This document shows, one piece after another, positions 28,584 through 46,210 of a stretch of DNA of 64,000 nt (position 1 is the stretch's first letter; every line of letters begins with the position of its first letter). The position numbers and the translations under genes were made by a program. The notes under the pieces were generated by a model that worked only from the letters and a program-made list of their open reading frames with translations, had not been told where the DNA came from and ran no database searches. This DNA is from Adineta vaga (Eukaryota > Animalia > Rotifera): assembly GCA_021613535.1 (NCBI GenBank), contig CP075495.1, positions 3,286,001 to 3,350,000 on the forward strand. Reading direction: 5' to 3'.

Positions 28584-31348
28584 ATGACTTCTGCACTCTA
28601 TTATCAATCGATGATAGTGCCGCCACAACAGCAACAACAGCAAGTACAACATATGCAAATGTAGTGAGTAACAATGAAAGAGAAATAACGAAAAGCATTA
28701 GAACATTTGTTAGAATCATTTTTTATTTGATGATATTTACACGCTAATTGAGATTATTCATAATATGATTTCTTTTTCTTTTTCATAGTTATCATCCACA
28801 ACAACAGCAGCAGCAACAAGCACAATTACCACATATGATGTCACAACCACAACAAGTTCATCATTTAATCCCACAATCAACAGGAACATCAACAATTAAT
28901 CGTGATCATCATCAGCATTCTCATCCGCCTAAAGAAATGAATAAACCAAAAGGTCGAATGAGTGCATATACATTCTTTGTACAAAAATGTCGAGATGAAC
29001 ATCGAAAAGCATATCCAAATGAGAATGCTAATTTTAGTGAATTCTCAAAAAAATGTGCAGAAAAATGGAAGGTAAGAAAAACTCATTTCAAATCACAGCT
29101 ATCTATGTAAAGATGACGAGAGATATTAAAGTATAATCTTGGCAATGATCATATAGATTATATCTCTGTCAGTCTGAAATCATAATAGGATTAATCAAAA
29201 ATTCATCAATATCTTTTTTTTTCCTCTGATTAAATGATAATTTGCTGGATTTTTCAATTGATAGTCGAGTCTATCATTCTTTTTCTGCCTTCATACGTGT
29301 TTTGATCAAGGACAAACAACAAAAAGAAAATTATATAGGATTAAGCGAATGTTTGTGTACGAAAGGAATCGAGAATGTGAGAAACAACGAAAATGAAAGA
29401 GAAAGACGGCGAAGAGAAAAACAATAAGAATCAATTTGTCTATTTTATAGACAATGACCGAAAATGAAAAATCAAAATTTGCTGCTCAAGCTGAAGTCGA
29501 TAAGCAACGATTTGAACGTGAAATGGCTGTATATCAACCCGGTGAAAAACGTAAAAAGAAAAAGAAAGATCCATTGGCACCAAAACGTCCTTTGTAAGAT
29601 CGATTTTTCGCTGCATGGAGAAAACTCAATTAATCAAAAACTTTTTCATATTACTTTAGATCAGCATTTTTTCATTATTGTAAAGAAGAACGTCCTAAAT
29701 TGAAAGCATTAAATCCAAGTCTATCTGTTGGTGAAATTGCTAAAGAATTAGGTGATCGATGGAATCATACAGCACCTGATGGAAAACTAACTTTTGAAGA
29801 ATCAGCACAACGCGATAAGGAAAGATATGAAAAGGTCAGTGATGATTAATTGACATACTCTATCATTTATTATGCGTATTTTTCTCATCTCTTTTCATTA
29901 TTAGGAAATGAATGATTTCAGATTAGCAAATAAGAAAGCAGCGAAATCAAATTCATCATCTCAAGCATTAGCTCAACAACAGCAGCAGCAACAACAACAA
30001 CAACCATCGCATCACACCGATCAACAAGTCAGAATACATCAAGATGTAAATTATACATTCTTGTTTCTCATTGATTCTATAGTTTAACGTTATTTTATTC
30101 CTTCTCTTTTGTCTAGACTCAGCAGCAACAACAGCAGCAGCAGCAGCAACAACAACAACAGTATTCTCCATCACCATACCAATTACCATCATTTAATCCA
30201 ATGCAATCTTTTCAACCACAAGTAATTAATAGATTTGATTGATTAATTTTATTTGCAATTTTCTTTCGAGGCTTTTGCTCAAATGAACAATTTCCAAGAT
30301 AATGGCTTGGCAGCATCACTCTTTCCTCATTATAATGGTTATTCGTTACCAATGCCACATAACAACGTAGGATATCAGTGAAAAGTAGAAATAGTATGCA
30401 CACACACACATACGCACATATATAAATACTCATAATAAAATCGCACACACACTTTTCTCTCTTCCAACTGAAGTCGCTGAAAATCAGTGACTAGTTTCTG
30501 TTTATTATCATTCAAATATGTCAATGATTGACGAATCTCTCTCTCTCTCTTCCTTTTTTTGTGCTTTTATTTATTTATTTTCTGTTTCCTAACAACAATT
30601 CTGATAAACAGTATGCATATGTTTCTAAAGATAAGAATGTCATCGATAAATAATTAGTACATCAACATCAACTATCAGCATTTTTTGTTCTTCCGGTTTT
30701 TTCTTCTTTCTTTCTTTCTTCGATTTTTTATTCCAAAAACAAAAGTCTGTTGTCAATTGTTTGTTTTCGTTTATTGTTCTTATTTTATGTGTGTAAATAA
30801 CAAATCAGAAAGATAGAAAAAAAAGAGACTACTAAATACAACCTATTCTTTTCTTTATATTCATTTAAATTTATAATGATAATTACAGGTAAGTATTTCT
30901 ATTTCCGTATATATTGCTGTGCTTCGTTCTTCTATTATCTTCGTATCCAATTCATATATATCGATGTGTGTGTGTACGTGCGCGTGTGCTTACTTCTTCT
31001 TTTCATATGGCAGCTTTTGACTTTGTTTTTTGCTTTGAATATTGAATTGTTAAAAATAATTCTCTTGTCTTCATTCAGGTTCAAATGCAACAATTCCAAG
31101 CATTACAACAGCAGCAATTGCAACAACATCTTCAACATCAAGTAAAAAAATCTCTTCACTTGATTGTTTGATTCTTCATCTGTTCAATTTGATTTGTATA
31201 GACTTACCAAACGTTAACAGCAGCTAATACAAATTCAACGAATAATAATAATACTAATAATAATAATGGTGATCAACGACATGGTGATGATGAGGATGAT
31301 GATGATGATAATGACGATGATGATAATGAATCTGAAGGTGACGATTAG
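28584..31348 (+). CDS. HMGB/DSP1-like protein: two HMG boxes, poly-Q tracts, acidic tail
   Basis: Box [21 protein letters not shown]...[13 protein letters not shown]. Box [24 protein letters not shown]...[12 protein letters not shown]. Ends in [23 protein letters not shown] at 31348. Confidence 0.9.
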
Positions 31349-31928
31349 ATTCAATCCATTTGTTGTGTTTTTCAAATGTTGATCGAGTAATAATAAACAT
31401 TAAAGAAGAGGAAAAAGTCGAAAAAAAGAAAGTATTGTTCTATTTGTTTGTTTCTTTTCTTTTTGATTCTTATACTTGTCTTGATTCTTGTTTTTTTCCT
31501 TCTTTTCTTTTCTTTTCTTTTCTTTTTTCTTCTCTTTGGATGGTGTATATATACATATAAGTACATCATCAATTTGATTCTTTTTCTTTTTTGTATTTCG
31601 TTCGTACTGTGACTGTTTGATGTACATCAAAAGAAGGCTAAATCATTCAGAAACAAACTTAGATTGTATGTATTGTCCTATTTTTTCTCGTGGTCACTTT
31701 TTTTTTGTATCATGACAAACAACATTTTGCGTTTCTTCCTTGTTCTTATTCTTGTCTGCTTCCTTTTACACGATATAATGTCAGACGTACATACATACAT
31801 ACATATTGTTCATCTCTTGTTTTCTTTTCTCTTTATCTTGTGAGTAAAAATTAAAAGAAACGGTTTGCAACCATCAATTTAAACTATTATCCTAGATGGT
31901 TGTCATATCTTTAGATTTCTAATCAAAT

Positions 31929-33413
31929 ATGACGACTTCAGCTAGTTCGGATATTTCAAATAAAGTACCAACACTACCACGAATTCTTATTCAGTCTGAT
32001 TGGTCGCTTAATCTTAAATCCAATGTACTACCTGCAGATGTTTGGCTTGAATTTAAAGTAGGCACTGCTGGTATTACACGAATAACACAAAATGTTCATG
32101 GGGTTTGCTCAATAAAAGCATTGGCAAGTAATGATGCTAAATCTTATAAAACATCGTCGAGTGATAACTTTCAATCGGCTGATATCGATATAAACCATCA
32201 ACAATTACGTATCAAAATTTGTGATATAAATTTCAGTCATACATTTCAAGGCAAATAGACAATCTTTTTTCTTTCGAATTTTTTAAATTTCAACTATGTA
32301 TAGGTCCGACAAAATCATTTTCAACAACTGGTAAACCTGAAGATGATGAAAGCAATGCTAGTTTAGACCCAATGATTAATGTACCTGAACGCCGTTTAAG
32401 TCAAACACATCTATCGGCTCATCCACATTGGTTTGATATTAGTTCCGGTGGAGTTGGTTTAACAGCTTTAAGTAACGGACAAATTACTATTTGGGATATT
32501 GAAACTGGTAAAAACGTTTGATGAACTCAACAAAAATCTAACTTTATTTCATTTTTTACTAGGTGAAGTACGACGTAAACTCAAAGGTCATATCGAAGAT
32601 GTTTATATCAGTCGATTCTTTCCTTCAGGTATGATTTATTCATATCTAAATGTTTGATTACATTATATTAATTTAGATTTTGCTGTTGTTTCTGGTGGAG
32701 CTGATATGCGTGTAAAAATTTGGTCACTTGATAATGACAATAATCAAATTCATGATACAACATTAACTGGACATCGCTCACGTATTACTGACGTCCTTGC
32801 ACTTGATCAACAACGTGTTTTAAGTGCATCAAATGATGGTTCTGTTCTTCTATGGGATATAACAAAGAATGAACAAATTAATAAAATAGTTCAATTAGAT
32901 AATAATTGTATTAATTCTATCAGTTTAACTGATTCATCAACCTTAGCATGTGGTTGTGATGATGGAATAATTCGAATTTATAATTTAAATAATGGAAATA
33001 TGAAAGAACCCATTAATGAATTTAAAGTTGGATCATCTGTTAGTACACTTTGTTATTTAAATGATTTAAATCAATTAATCTATGGTACTGAACAAAATGT
33101 CATTGGTATTTATGATATTCGACAAACGACTAATGCACATATTCATTCTTGGAAAGAACAACGAGGAAAATTGACATGTATTGTTCCTAGTCATGATCGA
33201 GGAGGAATTTTAGCCACAACAACAGATGGTAGCTGTTTTGAATATAATAGAAAAGAATTAGAAACGATGTCAGATATATCAGAACAACATGTTTGTGATT
33301 ATACAGGTGCTAATGATACTATTTTCAATGGAAAAGTATTTAATAATCGTATTTATTCAATTTGTCGTGATGGACTTGTACGCGTTTATGACAAACACGA
33401 TGAAACGAAATAA
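31929..33413 (+). CDS. PAAF1: Proteasomal ATPase-associated factor 1 (Rpn14-like WD40 protein)
   Basis: N-terminal LIQSDW; LKGHIEDVYISRFFPS..VVSGGADMRVKIWS; LTGHRSRITD. Four exons, first intron GC-AG (32251-32303). Confidence 0.85.
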
Positions 33414-34016
33414 AAATTTCTCAAAGAAATTCGATGATTTAGTTTATCAAATAGTTATTGATATTTTTTATTTCCTTTGGCCATATTTGTCCTTTCTCGA
33501 TGTGAATAAACTTTTGATTTGTATTCAAGCAGTGTGTGTATTCTCATTTCGTTTCTTTTCTATCGTATAATATTAGACAAGCAAAAATAAATTTTCCTTT
33601 AATATCTATAATCAATTTAAATATAAGAAAGAAATAAGTGTATTCAATCCAATTAAAGTCTGATTAAATCGAGATTATGTGTCGTTGTTCGGAAGAAAAA
33701 AAACTTCCGTTAATAGTTTCCGTTGGACGGAATCGGAACCGGAATGAAGCCCATTTCCTTAGACATTGAACAGTCAAGAGAAAAGATAAATAAATACATG
33801 TGCAGAAATCGATATATCAATTTGTATTTGAGTTTTCTTTTTTAAATATAGTTATATATATATAAATGTATTTAGCGTTATATTAAAGTTCTTCTATTTA
33901 CAATAGCAAGACCAAAAGAAAAACCAGAAATAAATTAAGAAGAAGAAGAAAGAAAGAAAGAAAGAGAAATATGTAATTTAGTTCATATAATATAAGATAA
34001 TATGAGGAAAAGAAAT

Positions 34017-34613
34017 TTATATAGGTTTAGCATTACTTCGAAGTAATAAATGTTGTTGTTGTTCATAATGTTGACGATATTTATTTGCTGTATTAGGCAT
34101 TGAAATTGAACGACAAATTTGAACGGCAGCAATCGATGGTGCTTCTAAACAATCGGTTATTGATGCAACTGGTTCAACATCCGAATCAATTGATGAAACT
34201 TTATCATGTTGATTACAAATCGAACGTATTTGTTTCAATGTATGTCGACGTGTATTAGACATAACTTGTGAAACAGCTGTTGTTGCAAATGACGATGAAC
34301 GTTGAATAACATAACGAAATAAAGATGAACGTTGTGCTGCTACTGATGGACCTGTCGAATGACATGAATTATTATTTGTCGGATGATTTGATGTTGTTGC
34401 AGTTGAACCCATCCATGCACGAGTTACCGGTGGTGCTCGATATTCTCGAGCTGGACGTGTCAAATTTGCTGGCAACATTTTTTCACCTGTATCATAAGAT
34501 GATTGAGCAAAAAGTGAGGCCACACCAGAACGAGTTAATGTTACTCGACGAGTATTAGAAACGTCAATATCTTCCATCGTAGTTGGTAATAGAGGATGTA
34601 TATCATTTGCCAT
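34017..34613 (-). CDS. Hypothetical 198-aa Ser/Thr/Arg-rich protein, single exon
   Basis: Uninterrupted ATG-initiated ORF with higher GC and coding-like codon usage relative to its flanks. No domain recognised. Confidence 0.55.
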   Translation of the reverse strand: MANDIHPLLPTTMEDIDVSNTRRVTLTRSGVASLFAQSSYDTGEKMLPANLTRPAREYRAPPVTRAWMGSTATTSNHPTNNNSCHSTGPSVAAQRSSLFRYVIQRSSSFATTAVSQVMSNTRRHTLKQIRSICNQHDKVSSIDSDVEPVASITDCLEAPSIAAVQICRSISMPNTANKYRQHYEQQQHLLLRSNAKPI

Positions 34614-37236
34614 TGTTGATTTAACTTGTGACTAAACACTGATATTATTGGACAAACATGCAGTTAGTTACACTCGATGTGCACATGTATTTATGATGTT
34701 TTAGTTCTTCTGTTAAATCTATCGTTAAATATATAATTATACATACACGACGTGTTTCTTTCTGACCATGTTTATTTGTCTGTCTATTTGTATATTTTTT
34801 TTCTTCTATTCTTTACATTAACTTTCTTTGTTTTGTTCGGCACGTCTCTTTTCGAATAGATCTTACTAGACAATTTAGAAGATATAAAACTTCGTTAAAA
34901 TACTTTCTTCTCTGAATAGAGATCGTTTGATAATATGATTATCTTTTTTTTTCTTCTGATCAAAATAGGAATGTGTTTCTTGACGAATATATGAATAATA
35001 AAGTTGAAGAAATCCAGATGATGAGTTCTTCATCTTGTTATACTTTCAACATCATACGATGAAAATCGAGAAATTTGTACAGCTATATAGATCCAAAAAA
35101 AGAAACTATGAAATAGAGTTAAGAATAAATCTGTACGTAAATGTTAAGATATTTCGTACTTGTTTTAACATGATCAAAAAGAAAATTAATGAGTTGAACT
35201 TTACATTATTTACTTTTACTGATACTTTCGATATATATATAAGAAAAAAAAGTCTCTAATCACTAAATTGTTCGTTGTCAGGAGATCGATGACAAAACTG
35301 AAAAGGTCTTCTATTCATTGAACAAATCGATCAGATTGAGGGTGTTAAACCAAATAACGAGTCATTTTTGACTTGATAAAAATCGAATGATGCAATAAAT
35401 AAACTATTCATTGAATTTTTGAGTACAAACTAATTGTCAATGGAATGTGCATAACAATAGAATACTTATCATTGATTTAATGTTTCAAATATTATAATTG
35501 ATACGATCTACTATTTAGTTGAGTAATTCTATTATTTCGATCATGTTTTACAAGGTTTAACTCATTGAACTAGTTTATATCGAATATAGACATGCGTATA
35601 ACCATCAAGTCAATGACAATGTCTTAATGATATAATCATATAGTTATTTGTAAAATTTTGTTTTTAATAGAAAAAGAAAACTAACGATTAATAAATGAAT
35701 CTAATCAATTTGGAGAAAAAAAATGATTATTGAATAAGAAATGTAGGATGTCAGTCAAATCGAAGGACTTCTTTGATTGATTCATTTTTCTGAAAGAATT
35801 ATTAATAATTAAAAACGTCTTCTACCGCCCTCATATATATTTCAATATGAATATTATTGGTTAATGAAAAAATGTTCGTCGATAGTTTGTTCTCTTCTTC
35901 TTCCTCCTCCTCTTCTCTTCTTTTTCGTGTTGTACATATCTCTTCTCTTCTGTATCGTATGCAATATATATAAAATTTTGTGTTTTAATATGGTTTAAGT
36001 GTTTGATAGAAGTTTTTTTTCTCGCTTGCTTCATTTCCTTACATATATTTACACAGGGAAGTGAAATCTAGCTGAATATCATGTTGATGATGATGATAAT
36101 ATGAAGAAAGTTTCTTATTCTTTCCAGATCATTTATTTTTACAAGACAAGAAAAATCTGTTTCCGATTTATGTATATATATATATCGTTGCATCGTCTCG
36201 TTATTTGATGTTGTCTTTCATCCGTTTCTTATTTTGTTGAGAAACAAAAAAGACAAGTCATTGATTGGATTACGTTGAAGATGTGTTGAACGTAATCGTA
36301 TGTCTGATCAATAAGCGTCGATATGATGACCTCTGATTTATTCTCTTTTACTAGTTATTTCCTTCTTCTTTTTTCTTCTATCGCTTCTTTAGTTAGACAA
36401 ACACGTATATATCTATATATCCTGAAAGATCGTGATGATTGAGCAACTCGCAACGCAAATGTTCTTTCTGTTATTGGTGATAAGAGAGTGACCGAGAGAG
36501 AGAGAGAGCACAAAGCTTCTTTTAGTTGTGAATTATCATTAGATTCATTTGGTTGAACAGATAAATCGATGATTATACAGAAAGCTGACATTTACGAGAT
36601 TATATTTCTAACTGAAGCTTATCCTCTATTGACACCTTCGTATTACTGATAATAAGATATCGATCATTTTTCACTGGAATTTTTACATTAATCATCTTTC
36701 TTTTCTTCTTCTTCTTCTTCTTCTGCGTTCTTGAACATGTTTGTTAATTTCTCAGTAGAATATCATGACCTACTTCTTTCGTTCCCTTGAAATATGTATA
36801 TTAAATTCTATCATTTATCTTGATAAAGAATTAATTTTAGACGTTTAACTTTCTTATAATCTGACAAATGACGAATATATGGTAAGTATTGAATACAGAA
36901 AAAGATTGTTCTCTTATGAAATTTCTTATTAGTTAAATTAACTATATGAATAATGTTTAATTTCTTCTAAATAATTTATGTTGATATGACACATTCAAGG
37001 TTTTATGTAAATGATTTTCTGTGTTTTTTTAAGAAAGATTTCTATTCCTTTATATATATAATTAAAAAAAAAATCAACTTCGAATTGTCATCGTCAATAA
37101 ATCATGCAATGTAATCGTCGATAAAGATGCATGTGACAACTCATGTGCGTGTATCTCTTCATTATTAGTTTCTTCTCAAGGTACTATTTACCAATACATA
37201 TACATATATCTTAGTTCAACACAAAAATAACTACAC

Positions 37237-41387
<4,151 letters not shown>

Positions 41388-43355
41388 TCATCGATTGAAC
41401 TAATAGATTATCATACATTTATATATGTATACGAACGTTTTCTTTTTCTTATGTATTCAGGAATTTGTGTGTGCGTGTTTGTAAACAGAACAGTTTTTTT
41501 CTCTCACAAGCTTTATGCGAAATTAATAGAAAAATGATTGAATATAAATAAAATCGATACTAGTCATCGACTCGATTGTTTTTATATGAATAAAATCATG
41601 TAGAAATTGAATTTATTCAATGAAATCCAATGAGATCAAATCATCGATAAACTTAATAAGAAGAAATATCGTACAAATTGATAAAGCAATTCTAATATAT
41701 CTATCTACATTCATCTGTAAATGAATAATTTAATTATAAAATAATCGTTTTAATAAAATTGTTGAAAGAAAATGAGAGTTGGAAACGGAAGTAAGGAACG
41801 GAAGAATTGATTAATCTCTTCTTCAAGCAGTAGGTCTATATAACCTTAGAGATTATCTTCTAAAACTTACTATAAATAGGAATAAAAAAAGAAAGCATTT
41901 CTTTGCTCTAGTTGATCTGTAGAAATTCATTCGAAAAGAAATATCAAAATATAATTGTCTCATTAGTTTCTTATATAAAATTCTCTTTTCCGATCTTTAT
42001 TAAGAACATATTTTCTCATCTCTTATTCTTCTTCTCCTCAAATGTGTATATATTAATCTTTTGGGAAATCTAGAACTCTCAAGATTGTACTTGTCCTATT
42101 ATCGATATTAGTCTGTGTTGATATGGAATTACATCCATTTCTTGAAGAGTAGTTCGTTAATTATTTAGATTTTTACACATAACTTCAGTTCTCGATGTTT
42201 TTCTTTTCGTCATCATTATTCTATGTAGAAGAAGAAGAAAAAACAAATTATATTATACAAAAATAACAATAATCAATGTGCGTCTATTTGTCATGAAAGA
42301 CGAAGTAAAGATCATTGCTAACATATAGAATTTGTTTCTCTTTTGTCTTCTTCCTTCAGCTTATCTTCTATTCTAATGATGAGAATAACCTTGAATAAAA
42401 ATACATCAGTTTTCGATGATATTGATAATCTCGATTCATTCTTTGAATCTTCAATCACAAAATAGTAAACATCTTGTTTACAATCAGGGATTAAATATTA
42501 CGTAGAAGAAAACTAATTATCCGATTGATTTCTTTTCTTTCTCAAACAAAAATTTGCATTTAGTACATGGATAGAAATGATTCACTATTGTAAATATTTC
42601 ACTTCCTATCCAAGGAAAAAAAAGAAGAATTCTTTGTATTCGAAATTGGTTTATTTATGTCAAAAAGAAAAAAAAGAAGAAAGAAGATTCTGAGCAAAGA
42701 AGAAACACACGACGCGTACATAATTATAGTAAATAAAGACTAGTCAGCATCGAAGAATAGAATAGCAAACAGAAATTGTTTGTATTTTAATACGAACAAA
42801 CTATATATATATATATAAACTTTCTTTTGAAACACTCTTGTTCTCTTTCATTGAAATATACGTAGATATAGAAAGATCTTTCTCTAATTTAATATACAAA
42901 AAGCAAACAAAAAAGAAAAAAAACGAAGAAGTGAGTTGAATAACTTTTCACATCATATATGTTAAATATTAATAATATAGCGAAACAGATCGACTAGTAA
43001 GAGATACATAAACAAACAAATGAGGGAAAAAAGAACTGTCACATGCACACATCTGACAACATACACAAATGAAAGAGAGAAAAGAAAAAAAAGAGAATTT
43101 TGAGGGAGAAATGATGGAATTGAACATTAATCTATTATGTTAATCATACTTGTTGTTATGCTTTTTTCTCTATGTTAACTGTCCATATGAACGTGTCTAG
43201 AAAAGTCAGATGAAAGAGAAAGAGAAAGAGAGAGAGAGAGAGTCACTGGAGTTCTTTCATTAAATACACAAATAATAAAGGCTAATAGAGAACAAAAAAA
43301 AATATGTATAGTAAATAGAAAAAAAAAGAAAAGAACATCGACTATTATTATTATT

Positions 43356-44876
43356 TTAGTATAAACCACAACCACGAAGATTTAATGTAATGATCACCTA
43401 AAGAAAAATCATATTGATTTATTGAATTTATATGCGAAAAACAAAAGATGATTTACATCCGTGACAGCATCAAAGACAAATTGAACATTTTGTGTATCTG
43501 TTGCACATGTATGATGACAATAAACTTCTTTTTGTGTTGATTTATTTTTTGATACGAATTGTGCTTGGATATATTCGGCAGCTGGATCATATTCATTCGG
43601 GCCTGTATACTCACGAAAACAAAGTGTTAATGCAGAACGTTTGATTTTTTCTTCGAATAAATCTTTCTTATTCAAAAATAAGATAATACCAGTATAAACA
43701 AACCTAAATAGAAGAAAAATTGTTTATATAATTTTAATTGAAATGAATAGAAAGAAAATTATTTACCATTTATTATTACAAATACTATTGAATAAACGTA
43801 AAGATTCATGCATTCGATTCGTTGATTCATCTTCATAAAGAACTTGATCATATTCTGAAAGAGCGACACAGAAAATAATCGCTGTAACATCTTCAAAACA
43901 ATGAATCCTATACGAAAGAGAGAAAAACAAAAATGAAAATATTTGATTTAATTGAATGACGATAAATTACAAACCATTTCTTTCGCTCTGATCGTTGTCC
44001 ACCGACATCAAATAAACGAAAATTTAGATTTTTAAATGAAAAATTAATTTCCACGATACCAGTTGTTTTTACACGTGTTCTTAAAACATCTTGTTCATTC
44101 GGTAGAAAATCGGATGAACCAATTCGATATAATTGATCAAGAAAATATTGTGCTGAATCATTTAATTGATATTCATTACTACGATGAAAACATTGTTGAA
44201 CACCAGTATCAGCCCATAAACGTTCCATAGATGATAATAGAACACTATTAAATGGTTCAGTATCTTTCATTCGTTGAATAACTTCCAAAACACGTTGAGC
44301 ATCTGCTTCTCTTTCCGCTGCTGCAAATTGTATATTGAGCATATTCATTGCACGAATAATTGCTCCTAAAGATTGTATTGTATTCGAATAAACAACTGGA
44401 CGATACTGTTCAAATTCTTCTTTTGTATAACCATGTTGATGAATTATACGCATTTGTTTAACAATCGTTGATTTACCTGATTCACCAGCACCTTCAAAAA
44501 AAATGAACGTGTATTTTCACGGAATCTTCCTTTTTTTCTTATCATTAACATACCGAGTAGTAAAAGTTTAACATCTTTAGCTGCTCGTTCAGCATCTTCT
44601 TTTATCAAACGATCAAGTGCTTTGCTGTACTAGAAAAGGAAAAGATATAAGATTAAACAAATGAATATCAAAAATCAATATCGATTAGGAAAGCATTTAG
44701 AAAAAAAACTAAGTGTTTTTTGTTAATCAATCAAAAGGCAAAATTGTCAAGTAGACTCTTACTCTGAAAATAGAACCTGTTGAAATTGAATATTTGAAAT
44801 AAGAAAAATCATGTATTCAAAACGAATAACTTACTTCTTTTTGTCGTTTTTCGTCTTGACTTGTTGCACAACCCAT
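43356..44876 (-). CDS. GNAO1: Heterotrimeric G-protein alpha subunit, Go-like
   Basis: MGC myristoylation/palmitoylation start, [38 protein letters not shown], and the Go-type C-terminus NLRGCGLY. Confidence 0.88.
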
Positions 44877-46210
44877 TCGAAAATCTTTTGTTTTTGTTTA
44901 AGAAAAAACAAACTAATTCATTGGCACATTTAGGAATCGGTAAGTTTCTTTTTCTTTTTCTTTTCTTTTCCTTATTCTATGAAAATCATCTAACAACGAC
45001 GCCATTTTGATTTTTCTCCAATGAATCAGCATTCTCAACAATGTAATGTGTATAGATGCTTTGAAAGAATGCACTTGCATTTTTTATTCATTTTAAAATC
45101 ACGAATTATTTTATTCAGCTATGAAAGTTTTCGAACATTTTTCAAAATGAAATATCTATTTATGAATTATTAACCAATAAATTTATTTTCATGGCAACCG
45201 TAAGAATAATATCTGTAAGTAAACCGACATTATTACTGAAGTCGAAAGAATCAATGACTTAAATAGTATTCTTCGCGACAAGAACAATCGTTGGTTTGAC
45301 TTTTAAAATACAAAAAAAACTCAATGTCATTGTAACTAAAAAAGGATTCATGATTATATTTTACACATGAAAGTCGATGACTTCTTTAATTCTATTAGAC
45401 AAGATATATACTACTTGTATTTTACTGAGAAACCATTGAACATAATTTGCATATGTATATTTAACATGATGGTAGATGACGATACTTATCAACAAAATAT
45501 AATTGAGTATTTTCAGATGCATATGTATATTAACATCATATGATACCTGAAAGTACATGAACAAACAGAACTGGATACAGTATACGCATATCAATTTCTA
45601 TCATAATAATAGTGATATAATCATAATCACACTAGCCACAGATTGTTCAGTCTTTATCGAATATTTTTACTTGAGAAGTTGTAGAAAACATTAATCGTAT
45701 TAATAAAAGTACTAATATAGACGCAGTCAATGACTATACAGCTGTGATATGTGATAAAGGCAAGTTATTCATCGTTTGTATTTCGTCACTTTGACCATTC
45801 TGAAATGGAATAGATACCCTCAATCGTTTATTCGAATGAAAATAAAAAGTCATTTTATCAAGGTAACAAATGAAATGTAAGTTTTAGACAGTAAAATATC
45901 ATATAAATTATTTTGTAACAAAGTTATTTGTATAAAATTATCATCAGAGTATTAGTTTTAGGAAAATAGTGTGAAAAGGTGTAATCAAAATCAAGAATGA
46001 AGCAATTTCGATCAATCTACAAAAAGTCGCTCACATAACGAAAAAAATACTAGCGAAAGAGCGTCATCTTTCTTTCTTATATATTTGAAAATATGTATAT
46101 GATTGGATGTTATCTCACATATCCATTTATAGTACAGAGAATTATTCGAGGCAATTTATTTTTATATAATTTCGTTGTTATTTGAATTGAAATTTTTAGA
46201 ATTGAAAAAT

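Noticed and set aside
36868-36887. ATG ACG AAT ATA TG|gtaagt as the first coding exon of ARHGAP39
   Set aside because: Splicing to the WW exon creates TGA. The in-frame start is ATG 37237 (MEER), so this is more likely a UTR exon or uORF.
45185-45200. RFX X-box-like ATGGCAAC upstream of the G-alpha gene
   Set aside because: Only one half-site matches, which is not distinguishable from chance.
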